The notes under the pieces are model-generated. The model was not told the origin of the DNA. It searched no databases and was given only the letters and a program-made list of their open reading frames with translations. The translations under genes and the position numbers were made by a program. Positions 19,249 to 29,570 of a stretch of 64,000 nucleotides of DNA are shown piece after piece (within the stretch, counting starts at the first letter, position 1; every line of letters begins with the position of its first letter). Origin of the DNA: Beijerinckiaceae bacterium (lineage in GTDB: Bacteria; Pseudomonadota; Alphaproteobacteria; Rhizobiales; Beijerinckiaceae); assembly GCA_947476075.1 (NCBI GenBank), contig CANJPM010000003.1, positions 434 to 64,433 of the forward strand. Reading direction: 5' to 3'.

Positions 19249-20457
19249 TTAAAGGCGCCCAAGCTCGGTTGCTGCGGTCAGCCGGAGGACGAAGACCGCG
19301 ATACATATGTCGGCCCAGAACCATGCCTGCCAGAGGCCATGACTTACAAGCGCAACGACGGAGACGGCGGCCACAAGCCCGCACGTTTGCTGGAACGCGC
19401 TCCGCCCCAACTTTGCAGCAGCACGCCAAACAGCGATGCTGGCGAGCGCGCCCAACAACACGCCCGGGGCTCCCAACTCAAGCCAGACTTGTAAAAAATT
19501 GTTATGGGGATGGCCCCAGCCCATTCCCTCGAAGCTTCCCATACGCACGGCGTCTTCGGCAAAAGCAAGCGCTGCGCCTGCCCCGCTCCCCCAAGGCAGC
19601 GCCGCGATTGCAGCCAAGCCACCGCCACGCCAAATCTCGATCCGTTCCTGAGCGTGCGCTGCCTCAAGGACGCCACCCTTTGAAGGGAGTAAGGCATCCG
19701 ACACGGACCCAAGCCAGGGCGCGGTGAGCCAGCATAGCAAAAGACATAAGCCGACGAGCGCTACCGATGCGCGTCTCGGCGTTAACGCAGCAAAAGCCCA
19801 AGCCGCCGCTGAGGCGGCCAACGCCAACTTCGCAGCCTCACTTTCGCTTATGACGATAGCGGCGCTAACACTGATCCACGCCAAGCAGCCCCACGCCCGC
19901 GACACGTCTTTGCGTCCCGACAACCCCCAACAGAGCAACAAGAGACTCACTGCCACCATGTTGTATCGATGGCCCGCTTCCCCGCTGCGGACGATAGAGG
20001 CGATTTCAAGCCCGCTCAGCAAATCCAAAGCGACGACAACGCCGCCCAGAGTCAGGCTTAGTGCAAACAAACGATGAAATGCGACGCCCAGAGATGGAGG
20101 AGGCTGCGCAACGACCAAAAGCCCCGCGGCGAAAACCACCACGCAGCCGACAATTTGCGCAAGCCCGCGCGCAGGTAGAGGCGACCAGAGCAATGTGCAT
20201 GTCGACCATGCAAAGAAGCCCATCAGCGTGAGGCTCGCAGGATGCAGAAAAGCTTGCGTAAGGCGCGCACGCACAGACGCGCCTGACAAAAGCTGCGCCA
20301 TGACGCTGATGAGCGCGGCCAGCGCCAGTAGCGGCGGACCTGCGCGTCTCACGAGCGGCAGAGCAACCGGCAACAGGACAAGCATCAACGCCGACGCAGT
20401 AAGCAACGCGAGTGCGATACGGCTATTATTGTGAAGCGGGAGACCCGCGAAGTTCAA
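19249..20457 (-). CDS. O-antigen ligase family membrane protein (WaaL/Wzy_C)
   Basis: Multiple TM helices; ERIEIWR and HPHNNFLQVWLELGAPG motifs. Confidence 0.85.
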   Translation of the reverse strand: MNFAGLPLHNNSRIALALLTASALMLVLLPVALPLVRRAGPPLLALAALISVMAQLLSGASVRARLTQAFLHPASLTLMGFFAWSTCTLLWSPLPARGLAQIVGCVVVFAAGLLVVAQPPPSLGVAFHRLFALSLTLGGVVVALDLLSGLEIASIVRSGEAGHRYNMVAVSLLLLCWGLSGRKDVSRAWGCLAWISVSAAIVISESEAAKLALAASAAAWAFAALTPRRASVALVGLCLLLCWLTAPWLGSVSDALLPSKGGVLEAAHAQERIEIWRGGGLAAIAALPWGSGAGAALAFAEDAVRMGSFEGMGWGHPHNNFLQVWLELGAPGVLLGALASIAVWRAAAKLGRSAFQQTCGLVAAVSVVALVSHGLWQAWFWADICIAVFVLRLTAATELGRL

Positions 20458-20469
20458 AAGATCACCCGT

Positions 20470-22392
20470 TTACGCTGCATCGACAGCAAGCCTCACGGGC
20501 GCATTGATCAGCGCATATAATGCTTGCCGCGCCAGATTTTTATCATCAAGGTCAATCGCGTGGCGCAAGCCGGTAAGCGCAGCGTCTATGTGATCGAATC
20601 CCTGCCCTTCGGCATCAAGCTGAAACACGCCCTTCACAAGCGACGGGCTTGCGTTTTCACCCGCAGCGACAAGCGCTTCTTCAAGCCGCTCGCCAGGGCG
20701 GAGCCCGGTAAAGGCAATCTTGACGTCAACATGCGGCGTCCAGCCACACCAAGCGATCAACTGCTCGGCGAGATCTACGATGCGAACAGGCTCTCCCATG
20801 TCGAGCAGGAATGTCGCCGTATTCATACCTGCCTTGTCAGGAGTCCCAACGTGCGCGAGCGAACAAGACACCAGAACAAGTTCGCTGGCTTCCTTGATGC
20901 TCATAAAATAGCGCTTCATCGCCGGATCGGTCACAGTCACCGGCCCGCCGCTCGCAATCTGGCGCAAGAAAATAGGGACTACTGAACCACTGGAGCCAAG
21001 CACATTTCCGAAACGAACAGACAGAACCTGACGCCGCTCAATGGTCTTTGTGCGTGCGACGAGTATCTCTGCGCATCGTTTGGTTAAACCAAGCATGCCC
21101 ACCGGATCGACAGCCTTGTCAGTCGATATATTCACCAACATCGGAAGATCGATCTGGCTTGCAATCTGCAAGACGTTCAGCGAACCAAAGACATTCGTCT
21201 TGATCGCCTCCTGCCAGTTCTGCTCCGCCAGATCGACATGTTTGAGAGCGGCCGAATGAACGACGATATCAGGCGCCGCATGACTCATCACCGACTTCAT
21301 ACGAGCATAGTCGCGCACATCAGCCAAACAACCGCTAACTTGACAGCCGTTGTTATCAGCCTGTAGCTCAGCAAGAATATGCTGGATCGCCTGCTCGGAA
21401 ATATCGACGATCACTAATTCGCGCGCGCCATGAGCGACGACGCGACGCGCGATCTCACCACCAATAGATCCGCCGCCGCCAGTGATAAGCACGGACTTCC
21501 CGCGCACGATCTCATCGATGCGATCACGGTCAACGCGTATTTCATGCCGCAAAAAGAAGTCGCCGAAATTCAGCGGTACGAGACCTGGGCTTTGCGCAAA
21601 ATCGACCGGCTGCAAACGAAGAATTTGCAACCCCAACCTCCGCGCAGCCAATTGCAGGTCGCGCAATTCGTCGGGGCGCTCGGAGAGGCTTGTCGCCGTC
21701 AGAACCGCGCAAACGCTAAAGCCTCGCAAACGCAGCGACGAACAGCAAGCTTCCAGCTGGTCGACGCCGCCATAGACCTGAACGCCGCGGACGCTTTTAG
21801 CTTCAGAGGCGCCGCGCGGCAACAACCCGGCCGCTATCACGACATTCTTCAAGAGGCCCTGCTCGACAGCGCGCAAAGCGGCATCAAACTCTTTCAAAGG
21901 ACCGACGAAGACAATAGCTTCGATGTTCTCAAGCTCTTTCATCTTGCGCTGATGCAGCAGCCGATAAGTGCGATAGGCGACGCGGCCGCCGACCAAAAAT
22001 GAGCATTGGAACATGAAGAAAACAAATATACCGGCGGCTCCGACATTATAGCCCAATGCGAGCGGAGCTGCGGCGCTCGCGATCAGCAACAGCAGCGATA
22101 CAAGCGCCCCGCCTCTCACGATAGCCAGAAAATCAAACAAAGACGCCAAGCGCCACCGCGACGATAATACGCCCTGCGACCATAACGAAAGAGCCGACGC
22201 AAGAGCGACAACTCCCGCTAACGGCGCCAGACTCGTCATGTAATGAAGAAGGTTTGCAGGGCGCTCCAGCAACGCGATTGCAATGCAGAGCGCGAAGACG
22301 CTGCAAAAGGCGTCGTGAAGAACAACAAGCAGATTCTTCACGCGCCTCAACCGAGCCTGACGATCGATTCCCGATTGGTTGAGACTAGCCAT
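20470..22392 (-). CDS. Nucleoside-diphosphate sugar 4,6-dehydratase (WbpM/PglF/CapD family)
   Basis: Four N-terminal TM helices; VLITGGGGSIG, HSAALKHV, STDKAVDP, VRFGNVLGSSGSVVP, TGLRPGERLEE. Confidence 0.93.
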   Translation of the reverse strand: MASLNQSGIDRQARLRRVKNLLVVLHDAFCSVFALCIAIALLERPANLLHYMTSLAPLAGVVALASALSLWSQGVLSSRWRLASLFDFLAIVRGGALVSLLLLIASAAAPLALGYNVGAAGIFVFFMFQCSFLVGGRVAYRTYRLLHQRKMKELENIEAIVFVGPLKEFDAALRAVEQGLLKNVVIAAGLLPRGASEAKSVRGVQVYGGVDQLEACCSSLRLRGFSVCAVLTATSLSERPDELRDLQLAARRLGLQILRLQPVDFAQSPGLVPLNFGDFFLRHEIRVDRDRIDEIVRGKSVLITGGGGSIGGEIARRVVAHGARELVIVDISEQAIQHILAELQADNNGCQVSGCLADVRDYARMKSVMSHAAPDIVVHSAALKHVDLAEQNWQEAIKTNVFGSLNVLQIASQIDLPMLVNISTDKAVDPVGMLGLTKRCAEILVARTKTIERRQVLSVRFGNVLGSSGSVVPIFLRQIASGGPVTVTDPAMKRYFMSIKEASELVLVSCSLAHVGTPDKAGMNTATFLLDMGEPVRIVDLAEQLIAWCGWTPHVDVKIAFTGLRPGERLEEALVAAGENASPSLVKGVFQLDAEGQGFDHIDAALTGLRHAIDLDDKNLARQALYALINAPVRLAVDAA

Positions 22393-22472
22393 TCAAAGCA
22401 ACTTCCGGGGCGCGAAATGCGCACCATCGTTACATCAGTAAACGCAATTTTTTTTTGAACGTTTGTAACCGT

Positions 22473-23348
22473 TCATCTCTTTGCCCAATCATGCACGCCG
22501 GCGCAGGTCGTCTCGTGTACGGGCTTCCATCCCGCCTCAAGCAAGGCCTGCGGCGGCGTCAGGCGAGACTGCGTCAGCGTTTCAAACAGCGTCTCCCTGC
22601 CAATCATTTGCGTGAGCGAGCGTAAAAGCGGCAGCGGAACATTTATCAAAAGAGCGTTGCGCCCCAAAGCGTGGCGATAGTCATGCAATAAGGCATTCAG
22701 GCTCGACGTTCCCGGATCGGACAGAACGAACGCGCCGCCAAGCTCTCGCCTGAGGGCAAAAGATACGGCTGACGCGACGTTCTGCACCGAAACCAGCGAC
22801 AACGGCGCATTCAACAAGCCCAGAGGCAAAGGCAAACGAGAGCGCGCAAGCAACTCGAGCGCGCGCATGTTATAGCGCGCACCAAATCCATAGACCGGAA
22901 CGGGCCGCAGCATGCAGGCGGAGGGATGAAGCGCCAAAAGCGCCTGTTCCGCAGCGCGTTTGGATCGGCCATAGGCGTCGCAGGGCTCCTGCCCGCTGTT
23001 GTCTGCAGCGCGGATCGACGACATGAACACGACGCGTTGCGACGATGCTGCCTGCGCAAGCGCGCGCGCTGGCGCTACGTTCACCCGCTCATATTCAGAC
23101 TCCGCAACACCGCGTGTGTGCGCGATACCCGCCAGATGGACGATTGAATTGACGCCGATCAGAACTTGCTCCCAGCGCACATGCGCTACGTCTTCAACGA
23201 TTGTCTGCTCAACGCCCGCAGGCAATAAAGGACAATGTCGACGCACCAGCGCGCGCACCAGATAGCCGTCATCCACGAGACGATTTACGACGCAGCGGCC
23301 GATAAAGCCTGCGGCGCCTGTCACAAGCACACGCTCGAGCCTGTTCAT
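22473..23348 (-). CDS. NAD-dependent epimerase/dehydratase (WbpV-like)
   Basis: VTGAAGFIG, HLAGIAH, YGRSKRAAE catalytic YxxxK. Confidence 0.88.
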   Translation of the reverse strand: MNRLERVLVTGAAGFIGRCVVNRLVDDGYLVRALVRRHCPLLPAGVEQTIVEDVAHVRWEQVLIGVNSIVHLAGIAHTRGVAESEYERVNVAPARALAQAASSQRVVFMSSIRAADNSGQEPCDAYGRSKRAAEQALLALHPSACMLRPVPVYGFGARYNMRALELLARSRLPLPLGLLNAPLSLVSVQNVASAVSFALRRELGGAFVLSDPGTSSLNALLHDYRHALGRNALLINVPLPLLRSLTQMIGRETLFETLTQSRLTPPQALLEAGWKPVHETTCAGVHDWAKR

Positions 23349-24337
23349 GACGTTCTGGCAAGCGAGAGCAGCAATCCGCTCACAGTGAGGACCGCCAGCG
23401 CGGCAAGCGACGTCAGCGTGCTGGCATCTTGCCCAAGGCCTGCGAACGCCAGAGCGCAGAGGGAAAGCGTGAACATAGCTACCCGCGCGATGATCGACCA
23501 GTTCGACTGGCCCGCGTCAAACGCTTGCTGATAAAAATGCGCCCTGTGCGGCAGCCAAAAACGTTCACCGCGCAAAATGCGTTTGCACAGCGTAATGCTG
23601 GCGTCAGCAATGAAATAAAGCGGCGGAGCCAAGGCGGCAAACAGGCTCACGTCGCGCGCGATGCGATAACACAGCACGCCGCCCAGAAAGCCAAGCGGCA
23701 CGCTGCCGGCATCGCCAAGGAAGAGCCGCGCACGCGGGCGATTGAATATGAAGAAGCCCAGCAAAGCGCCCGCAAGCGCTGCACCCAAAGCGCCTTCGGT
23801 GGCGCTCATGAATCCAAGTCCGCCAAGCAGAGCAACGAAGGCGAAAAGCGGAACGAATTGCGCAACGACGATCCCGTCGATCCCGTCCATGAAATTCGTC
23901 AGGTTCATAAACCAGAACAGAGCCAGGCATACGCCAAGAAATTCGATCGCGTAAGGAACCTGCGGCGCAAGACGCCTGTCGCCGCCTTCGTTGAACACGA
24001 ACAGCGCGACGACGGCCATATAGAGTACAAAACGCACCGCAATCGGCAAACGGCGAATGTCGTCAAGAGCGCCGACGACGCATACGGCCAGCGCGCATAC
24101 AATCGCCGTCGTCAAGCCGGTGAATTGCGACAGCGCAATCATTGCAATGAACGCGCCAGCGAGTACAAACGCTCCGCCAAGCTGCGGCACAGGAGTTTTG
24201 TGCGACGAGCGCGCACCCGGCAGCGCAAGTGCGATGCGGCTCAGGCGCGGCAGCGCAATGTAGATTGAGATGGCCGTGACCGCGAAGCCGGCCATTACAA
24301 GCGCCAAAAGAGAAACGATGGGCTGTGATGCAAACAT
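23345..24337 (-). CDS. MraY/WecA-family undecaprenyl-phosphate glycosyl-1-phosphate transferase (WbpL-like)
   Basis: SSHKTPVPQLGG, GALDD, NLTNFMDGIDG, FLGDAGSVPLG, HRAHFYQ. Confidence 0.92.
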   Translation of the reverse strand: MFASQPIVSLLALVMAGFAVTAISIYIALPRLSRIALALPGARSSHKTPVPQLGGAFVLAGAFIAMIALSQFTGLTTAIVCALAVCVVGALDDIRRLPIAVRFVLYMAVVALFVFNEGGDRRLAPQVPYAIEFLGVCLALFWFMNLTNFMDGIDGIVVAQFVPLFAFVALLGGLGFMSATEGALGAALAGALLGFFIFNRPRARLFLGDAGSVPLGFLGGVLCYRIARDVSLFAALAPPLYFIADASITLCKRILRGERFWLPHRAHFYQQAFDAGQSNWSIIARVAMFTLSLCALAFAGLGQDASTLTSLAALAVLTVSGLLLSLARTS

Positions 24338-24346
24338 GCGTTCAGA

Positions 24347-25033
24347 TCACGGTCTGTCTTCCGCCAGGAGCTGGGCGACGAAATCGCCGATGCCCTTCTC
24401 GCTGCGCGCGCGCTTCAATTGTTCAGAGAGCAGGATCGCTTTCACTTCCGACAAAGCGCGCTGCACGTCCTCATTGACGATCACGTAATCGTACATTTTC
24501 CAGCGTTCGATCTCATGGCGCGCATTCTCAAGCCGCTTTGAAATGACGTCGGGCGCATCCTCGGCGCGGCGCTCAAGCCGGGCGCGCAACTCGCGCATAG
24601 AGGGCGGCAGGATGAAAATGGTCACAGTGTCGGGACCTGCTTTTTCGCGCACCTGCTGCGTGCCTTGGTAATCAATATCGAACAGCATGTCGCGCCCCTG
24701 CGCGAGCACTTTCTGCACCGGGCTTTTTGGCGTGCCGTAGAAATTGCCATGCACCTCGGCCCATTCAAGCAGATCGTCCTGCGCCCGGAGCTTTTCGAAA
24801 TCTTCATGCGAGACAAAGCGATAATGAATTCCATCGACCTCGCTGGTGCGACGCGGCCGGGTGGTCACGGAAATCGACAGCGTGAGGTCGAGGTCACGGT
24901 CCTGCAGCAGATCCCGCGTCAGCGTCGTCTTGCCGGCGCCCGAGGGCGAAGACAGGATCAGCATCAGGCCACGACGATGGATCGGGCCTTGCCTTGCTGC
25001 GTCTGAGACGCGCAGAGAATTCGTCATTGCCAT
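24347..25033 (-). CDS. gmk: Guanylate kinase
   Basis: LILSSPSGAGKTT, TTRPRR..EVDG..Y.F, EWAEVHGNFYGTP, FILPPS; start at ATG 25033 or 25027. Confidence 0.97.
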   Translation of the reverse strand: MAMTNSLRVSDAARQGPIHRRGLMLILSSPSGAGKTTLTRDLLQDRDLDLTLSISVTTRPRRTSEVDGIHYRFVSHEDFEKLRAQDDLLEWAEVHGNFYGTPKSPVQKVLAQGRDMLFDIDYQGTQQVREKAGPDTVTIFILPPSMRELRARLERRAEDAPDVISKRLENARHEIERWKMYDYVIVNEDVQRALSEVKAILLSEQLKRARSEKGIGDFVAQLLAEDRP

Positions 25034-25055
25034 ACCTTCATGAAAACCGGGACGC

Positions 25056-25928
25056 TCATTCGACGTTCTGGACCTGCTCGCGAAATTGTTCGATCTCCAC
25101 GCGCAGCTCCATGCCCAATCGGGTGAGCTGCGAATCGTTTGATTTTGCGCAGAGCGTATTGGCTTCACGTCCCAATTCCTGCGCCAGAAAATCGAGCCGG
25201 CGACCCACGGGCTTGCCGCTGGCGAGTAGTTCGCGGACGGCGGAGACATGTGCCTTCAGTCGGTCCAGCTCTTCGCGCACATCCGCTTTGGCAGCGATCA
25301 AAATCGCCTCTTGATGCAGGCGCGCGGGGTCCAGCGTCGCGGATGCTTCGATCAATGCAGCCACGCTCTGCGCCAGCCGCGTGCGCACGGCCTCCGGGCG
25401 GCGGCCGGGAGTCGCGTCGGCGGCTTCCACCAATTGATCCATGGCGGCAAGCCGCTGTGCGAGAACATCGTGCAAGGCGCCGCCTTCACGCGCGCGCATG
25501 GCCAGCAGATCGGCCATTGCCTGGTCGAGGCTGACCAGCGCCGCCGAGAACACGATAGTCATGGTCTTCTCGTCGTCGACGCTCTCGATCACTTCAACGA
25601 TCCCGCGCACGGCGAGCAATCCGTCGATTGAGGCGGGCTGGAGATTGGCGGACGCAGGGATGCGGGCCAGCGCCTGCGTGAGAGCGGAGATGGCGGCCTC
25701 GTTGAGACGCACCTCTGGTGCGCCCGCCTCTCGCTGGGCCGTGAGGGTGGCGTAGCAGGCGCCGCGCGAGATTTGGGCGCTGATGCGTGCGCGCACGTCT
25801 TGCTCGATTGCGTCAAAACCGGGCGGCAGCCGCAACCGCAGGTCGAGCCCCTTGGCGTTAACGCTCTTGATCTCCCAAACCAGCCGCCAATTCCCGTGCA
25901 TAGTCTGGGCGCGTGCGAAGCCGGTCAT
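25056..25928 (-). CDS. yicC: YicC/YloC family endoribonuclease
   Basis: SMTGFA, WEIKSVNAKGLD, DVREELDRL, GRRLDFLAQELGREANTLCAKS, EQVQNVE. Confidence 0.95.
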   Translation of the reverse strand: MTGFARAQTMHGNWRLVWEIKSVNAKGLDLRLRLPPGFDAIEQDVRARISAQISRGACYATLTAQREAGAPEVRLNEAAISALTQALARIPASANLQPASIDGLLAVRGIVEVIESVDDEKTMTIVFSAALVSLDQAMADLLAMRAREGGALHDVLAQRLAAMDQLVEAADATPGRRPEAVRTRLAQSVAALIEASATLDPARLHQEAILIAAKADVREELDRLKAHVSAVRELLASGKPVGRRLDFLAQELGREANTLCAKSNDSQLTRLGMELRVEIEQFREQVQNVE

Positions 25929-26076
25929 ACTTTGAAGCTTGGCGCCCGTGGAGCTGGCTGGTGAGACTAACGTCATGACGATCCGAAATATCACGCCCGA
26001 CGCGGCGCCCCGGGGCGCGCACCATAGGTCTTGCAGGCTTCGCGCTCAATGGCGTAGGCTTGAAACAGCGTGGAAA

Positions 26077-27912
26077 TCAGCGAAACGCAGGTATCGTTTG
26101 CGCGGAGTTCAGGTCCCAGGTCCGGTTCAGCAGCGGGTCGATCTTGGTGCCCTCGGAGGCGTCCACCACCCGAACGCGCTCAGTCTTTAGCTCCGGCGGG
26201 GGCCGGGAGGCGACGCCAAAGCGGGAAGCGCGCTCCTGCATCTCGCTAAACCGCCGATCAGCCACCGGCTCCATGGCAAGATTGACGGGCTCTGATTCAG
26301 GCTCGGCTACGGCCATTTCGCCTGAGGCAGGACCGTCGAGCATATTCTCGAAGGCCGGCGCGTTCACGCCGCGCACCGCGATGCCCATGTCCTCAAGGCT
26401 TGGCCCCATCGCGAAGGTAGCGCTGGCGAACGCGCGCCCCGGCGATTTGGCGCTCGCCAAGTGAACGCTGGCGAACGCGGAGGCGGCAGGAATAGCGCCA
26501 TTCATGATGAGCTTGTCTTTTGAGGCGAAGGCCCGCGCGCCGCGTGGCTTGTCTTCGTCGGCGGGCAACAGCGCCGCGCCGACAGGACCATTCGTCGCTG
26601 CTGACCCGATTGCAGCAAGCGTTGGAAAGGCTCCGACAATCTCCCCAAGGCCACCGTAAACCGGGTCGAAAAACAACAGCTGGCCGCGACGCTGCGGCGG
26701 GCGCTTGTCGGCGGCGGGGACCGCTGGCGCATCTTCGATTGGTGTTGCGCGGTCAACGGGAGCTGGCCCATCGTTGGCGCCACTCGCCTTCTCACGGGCG
26801 TCGCGCTCAATGTCCCGCCAGCGGGCGACGTTGCGATTGTGCTGCTCAAGGCTTTCAGCGAACACGTGCCCGCCTGTGCCGTCGGCGACGAAATAGAGAT
26901 CACGGGTGCGTGAAGGATTGGCGACCGCCTCAAGGGCGGCGCGTCCGGGATTGGCTATAGGTCCGGGCGGCAATCCATCTATCGTGTAGGTATTGTAGGG
27001 CGTCGGCCTGGTGATTTCCGGCCGCTGGATCGGACGACCGAGCGTGCCCTTGCCGCCGACGATGCCGTAGACGATCGTCGGGTCCGATTGCAGCCTCATC
27101 CGCTTGTTAAGGCGGTTATGGAACACTGCGGCTACGCGGGTGCGCTCGTCGGCCCGACCAGTTTCCTTTTCAACAATGGAAGCCAGCGTCACCAGCTCGA
27201 ACTTGGAGCGGATCGGCAGATCGGGGGCGCGGCGAGCCCACACCTGATCGACGACGCGGTTTTGGTCCATCTGCATTTTGCGGACGAGTTCGGCGCGAGA
27301 CATGCCACGAGGCACACGATAGGTCTCGGGCAATATGGTGCCTTCGCGGGGGATGTCGCGGACTTCGCCCACGAGCACCTCCGCCTCCATCAGGCGCTGG
27401 ATGATCTGCTCGCTGGTCAGCCCTTCGGGAACAGTGACGGAATGCAGCAATTGGCGACCAGAGACCAGCGCGTCCATCACGTCGCGCAGGCTTGCTTCCT
27501 TGCGGAACAGATATTCGCCCGCCTTCACGCTCGACCAGCGGCCCTCGATCCAAAGAGCGGCCTTGAGCAGCGCGGGCCCGTCTATAATTCCGGAGGCATG
27601 CAATTGATCGATGATGTCGACCACTTCCGTACGAGGCGCAATGAAGAGCACCTGATCGGACGCCAGCGGTCCCGGAGCTTCAAGCTCACGCTGCACGGCC
27701 ATGAAGGCGGCTACGGCGCTGATGGCCACAACCAAAAGAAACGACAGGAAGCCGCTGGCGGCGCCAAGCCGGGGGCGACGCTTGCTCGGCGGCTTGGGCG
27801 GTGGCGGCGGCGGAGCGGCTTCGGGATGCAACGCCTCCTGCGGCGAGCGCATAGGACGCCTCGCGAAAAACCGCGCCTTGGGACGCTCCTCTTGATTTGG
27901 CTCGGAATTCAT
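26077..27912 (-). CDS. mltG: Endolytic transglycosylase MltG with long C-terminal extension
   Basis: TM helix, KAGEY, TVPEG, LASIVEKETG, RLQSDPT, YNTY..GLPPGPIANPG, LYFVADGTGGH. Confidence 0.93.
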   Translation of the reverse strand: MNSEPNQEERPKARFFARRPMRSPQEALHPEAAPPPPPPKPPSKRRPRLGAASGFLSFLLVVAISAVAAFMAVQRELEAPGPLASDQVLFIAPRTEVVDIIDQLHASGIIDGPALLKAALWIEGRWSSVKAGEYLFRKEASLRDVMDALVSGRQLLHSVTVPEGLTSEQIIQRLMEAEVLVGEVRDIPREGTILPETYRVPRGMSRAELVRKMQMDQNRVVDQVWARRAPDLPIRSKFELVTLASIVEKETGRADERTRVAAVFHNRLNKRMRLQSDPTIVYGIVGGKGTLGRPIQRPEITRPTPYNTYTIDGLPPGPIANPGRAALEAVANPSRTRDLYFVADGTGGHVFAESLEQHNRNVARWRDIERDAREKASGANDGPAPVDRATPIEDAPAVPAADKRPPQRRGQLLFFDPVYGGLGEIVGAFPTLAAIGSAATNGPVGAALLPADEDKPRGARAFASKDKLIMNGAIPAASAFASVHLASAKSPGRAFASATFAMGPSLEDMGIAVRGVNAPAFENMLDGPASGEMAVAEPESEPVNLAMEPVADRRFSEMQERASRFGVASRPPPELKTERVRVVDASEGTKIDPLLNRTWDLNSAQTIPAFR

Positions 27913-28095
27913 TAAGACGAAAAGTCCTCAGCTTCGCGCTTTACGACCTGGGCGCTCAAGTTGTCGATACGCAAGCTAACATCCGTGCATGCCCGAAAAA
28001 GAACCCTACGAAAGGCTCGATCTCTAACGATACCCTAGATGGGAATATGGCGAAATAGCGAACCCGCGCTCAGCTCACGCCAGAAAACTGTCGGC

Positions 28096-29358
28096 TCAAC
28101 CGAGCCGACGGAATACGATCGACGCATTGGTGCCGCCAAATCCAAAAGAATTGGACAAAGCCACGTCGATCCTGCGATTGCGCGGCTTGTGAGCCACAAG
28201 GTCGATCACGGTTTCAACCGACGGATTGTCGAGGTTGAGTGTCGGCGGCGCTACATTGTCGCGGATCGCCAGCAGCGAGAAGATCGCCTCAACCGCGCCA
28301 GCCGCGCCCAGCAAATGACCGATGGCGGACTTGGTCGACGACATCGAAATCGTCTTGGCTGCATCCCCGACAACGCGCTGGACTGCGCCAAGCTCGATCT
28401 CGTCTCCCAGCGGCGTCGATGTTCCGTGGGCGTTGATGTAATCGATCTCGGATGGCGACACGCCGGCGCGCTTGATGGCCGCGCTCATGCAACGGAAGGC
28501 GCCGTCGCCGTCCTCGGAAGGTGCAGTGATGTGATAGGCGTCGCCAGACAGGCCGTAACCAATCAGCTCGCCATAGATTTTCGCGCCGCGCGCCCGTGCG
28601 TGTTCGTATTCTTCAAGCACCACGCAGCCGGCGCCCTCGCCCATGACGAAGCCGTCGCGGTCCTTGTCATAGGGACGAGAACCTTTTTCGGGCGCGTCGT
28701 TAAAACTTGTGGATAGTGCGCGACAGGCGGCAAAACCAGCCATGCCGAGACGGTTGACGGCAGATTCAGCGCCGCCCGCAACCATCACGTCGGCGTCTCC
28801 AAGCATGATGAGGCGACCAGCGTCGCCAATCGCATGGGCCCCCGTGGAGCAGGCCGTCACCACGGAATGGTTCGGCCCCTTCAATCCGTGCATGATTGAG
28901 ATGTGGCCGGAGCCCAGATTGATGAGACGACCAGGCACAAAGAAAGGCGACAGCCTGCGCGGCCCGCGTTCCTTCAGGACCAGCGAGGCTTCGTAAATGC
29001 CGCCGAGGCCGCCGATGCCGGAGCCCACAAGAACGCCTGTTGCGTTCTGATCCTTGGCGGTCTTGGGAGCCCATTGCGCATCCGCCAGAGCCTGCGTCGC
29101 GGCGCTGACTGCATAGATGATGAAATCGTCGACCTTGCGCTGTTCCTTCGGCTCCATCCATGCGTCTGGATTCCAGGTGCCGTTGGTTCCGTCGCCGCGT
29201 TTCACCTGACAAGCGATCTGGCAGGGAAGGTCGGAGACTTCAAAATTCGTGATGCGCGCAGCTCCGCTGCGGCCAGCCAGAATACCAGCCCAGGTTTCCT
29301 CAGCGTTGCCCGCGAGAGGCGAAACCATACCAATTCCGGTTACGACAACCCTTCTCAC
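28096..29358 (-). CDS. fabF: 3-oxoacyl-ACP synthase II
   Basis: RRVVVTGIG, TACSTGAH, INAHGTST, SNSFGFGGTNA. Confidence 0.97.
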   Translation of the reverse strand: MRRVVVTGIGMVSPLAGNAEETWAGILAGRSGAARITNFEVSDLPCQIACQVKRGDGTNGTWNPDAWMEPKEQRKVDDFIIYAVSAATQALADAQWAPKTAKDQNATGVLVGSGIGGLGGIYEASLVLKERGPRRLSPFFVPGRLINLGSGHISIMHGLKGPNHSVVTACSTGAHAIGDAGRLIMLGDADVMVAGGAESAVNRLGMAGFAACRALSTSFNDAPEKGSRPYDKDRDGFVMGEGAGCVVLEEYEHARARGAKIYGELIGYGLSGDAYHITAPSEDGDGAFRCMSAAIKRAGVSPSEIDYINAHGTSTPLGDEIELGAVQRVVGDAAKTISMSSTKSAIGHLLGAAGAVEAIFSLLAIRDNVAPPTLNLDNPSVETVIDLVAHKPRNRRIDVALSNSFGFGGTNASIVFRRLG

Positions 29359-29425
29359 CCGCGATCTCCAAATATGTGTGCCGACGACGGGTCACGAAAC
29401 AAGCCGGGATCCGTCCCGACGCGAC

Positions 29426-29492
29426 GAGGGCCGGGAACCCCGGCCCTCGATCCGCAAACGATTGGGCCGGGAACCCCGGCCCTCGATCCGCA
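29426..29492. repeat. Two identical 29-bp GC-rich hairpin units, period 36
   Basis: gggccgggaaccccggccctcgatccgca at 29428-29456 and 29464-29492; the first forms a 10-bp stem GAGGGCCGGG/CCCGGCCCTC. Confidence 0.9.
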
Positions 29493-29570
29493 CGAATTTA
29501 GCCGCGATGATAAGACCTTCGTATTCCACAGGCTTTCGCCTGCGCGAAGGTCACATCGAAAGAAGTTGGA

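Noticed and set aside
29426-29492. Mini CRISPR array
   Set aside because: Only two units with a 7-nt spacer and no cas genes.
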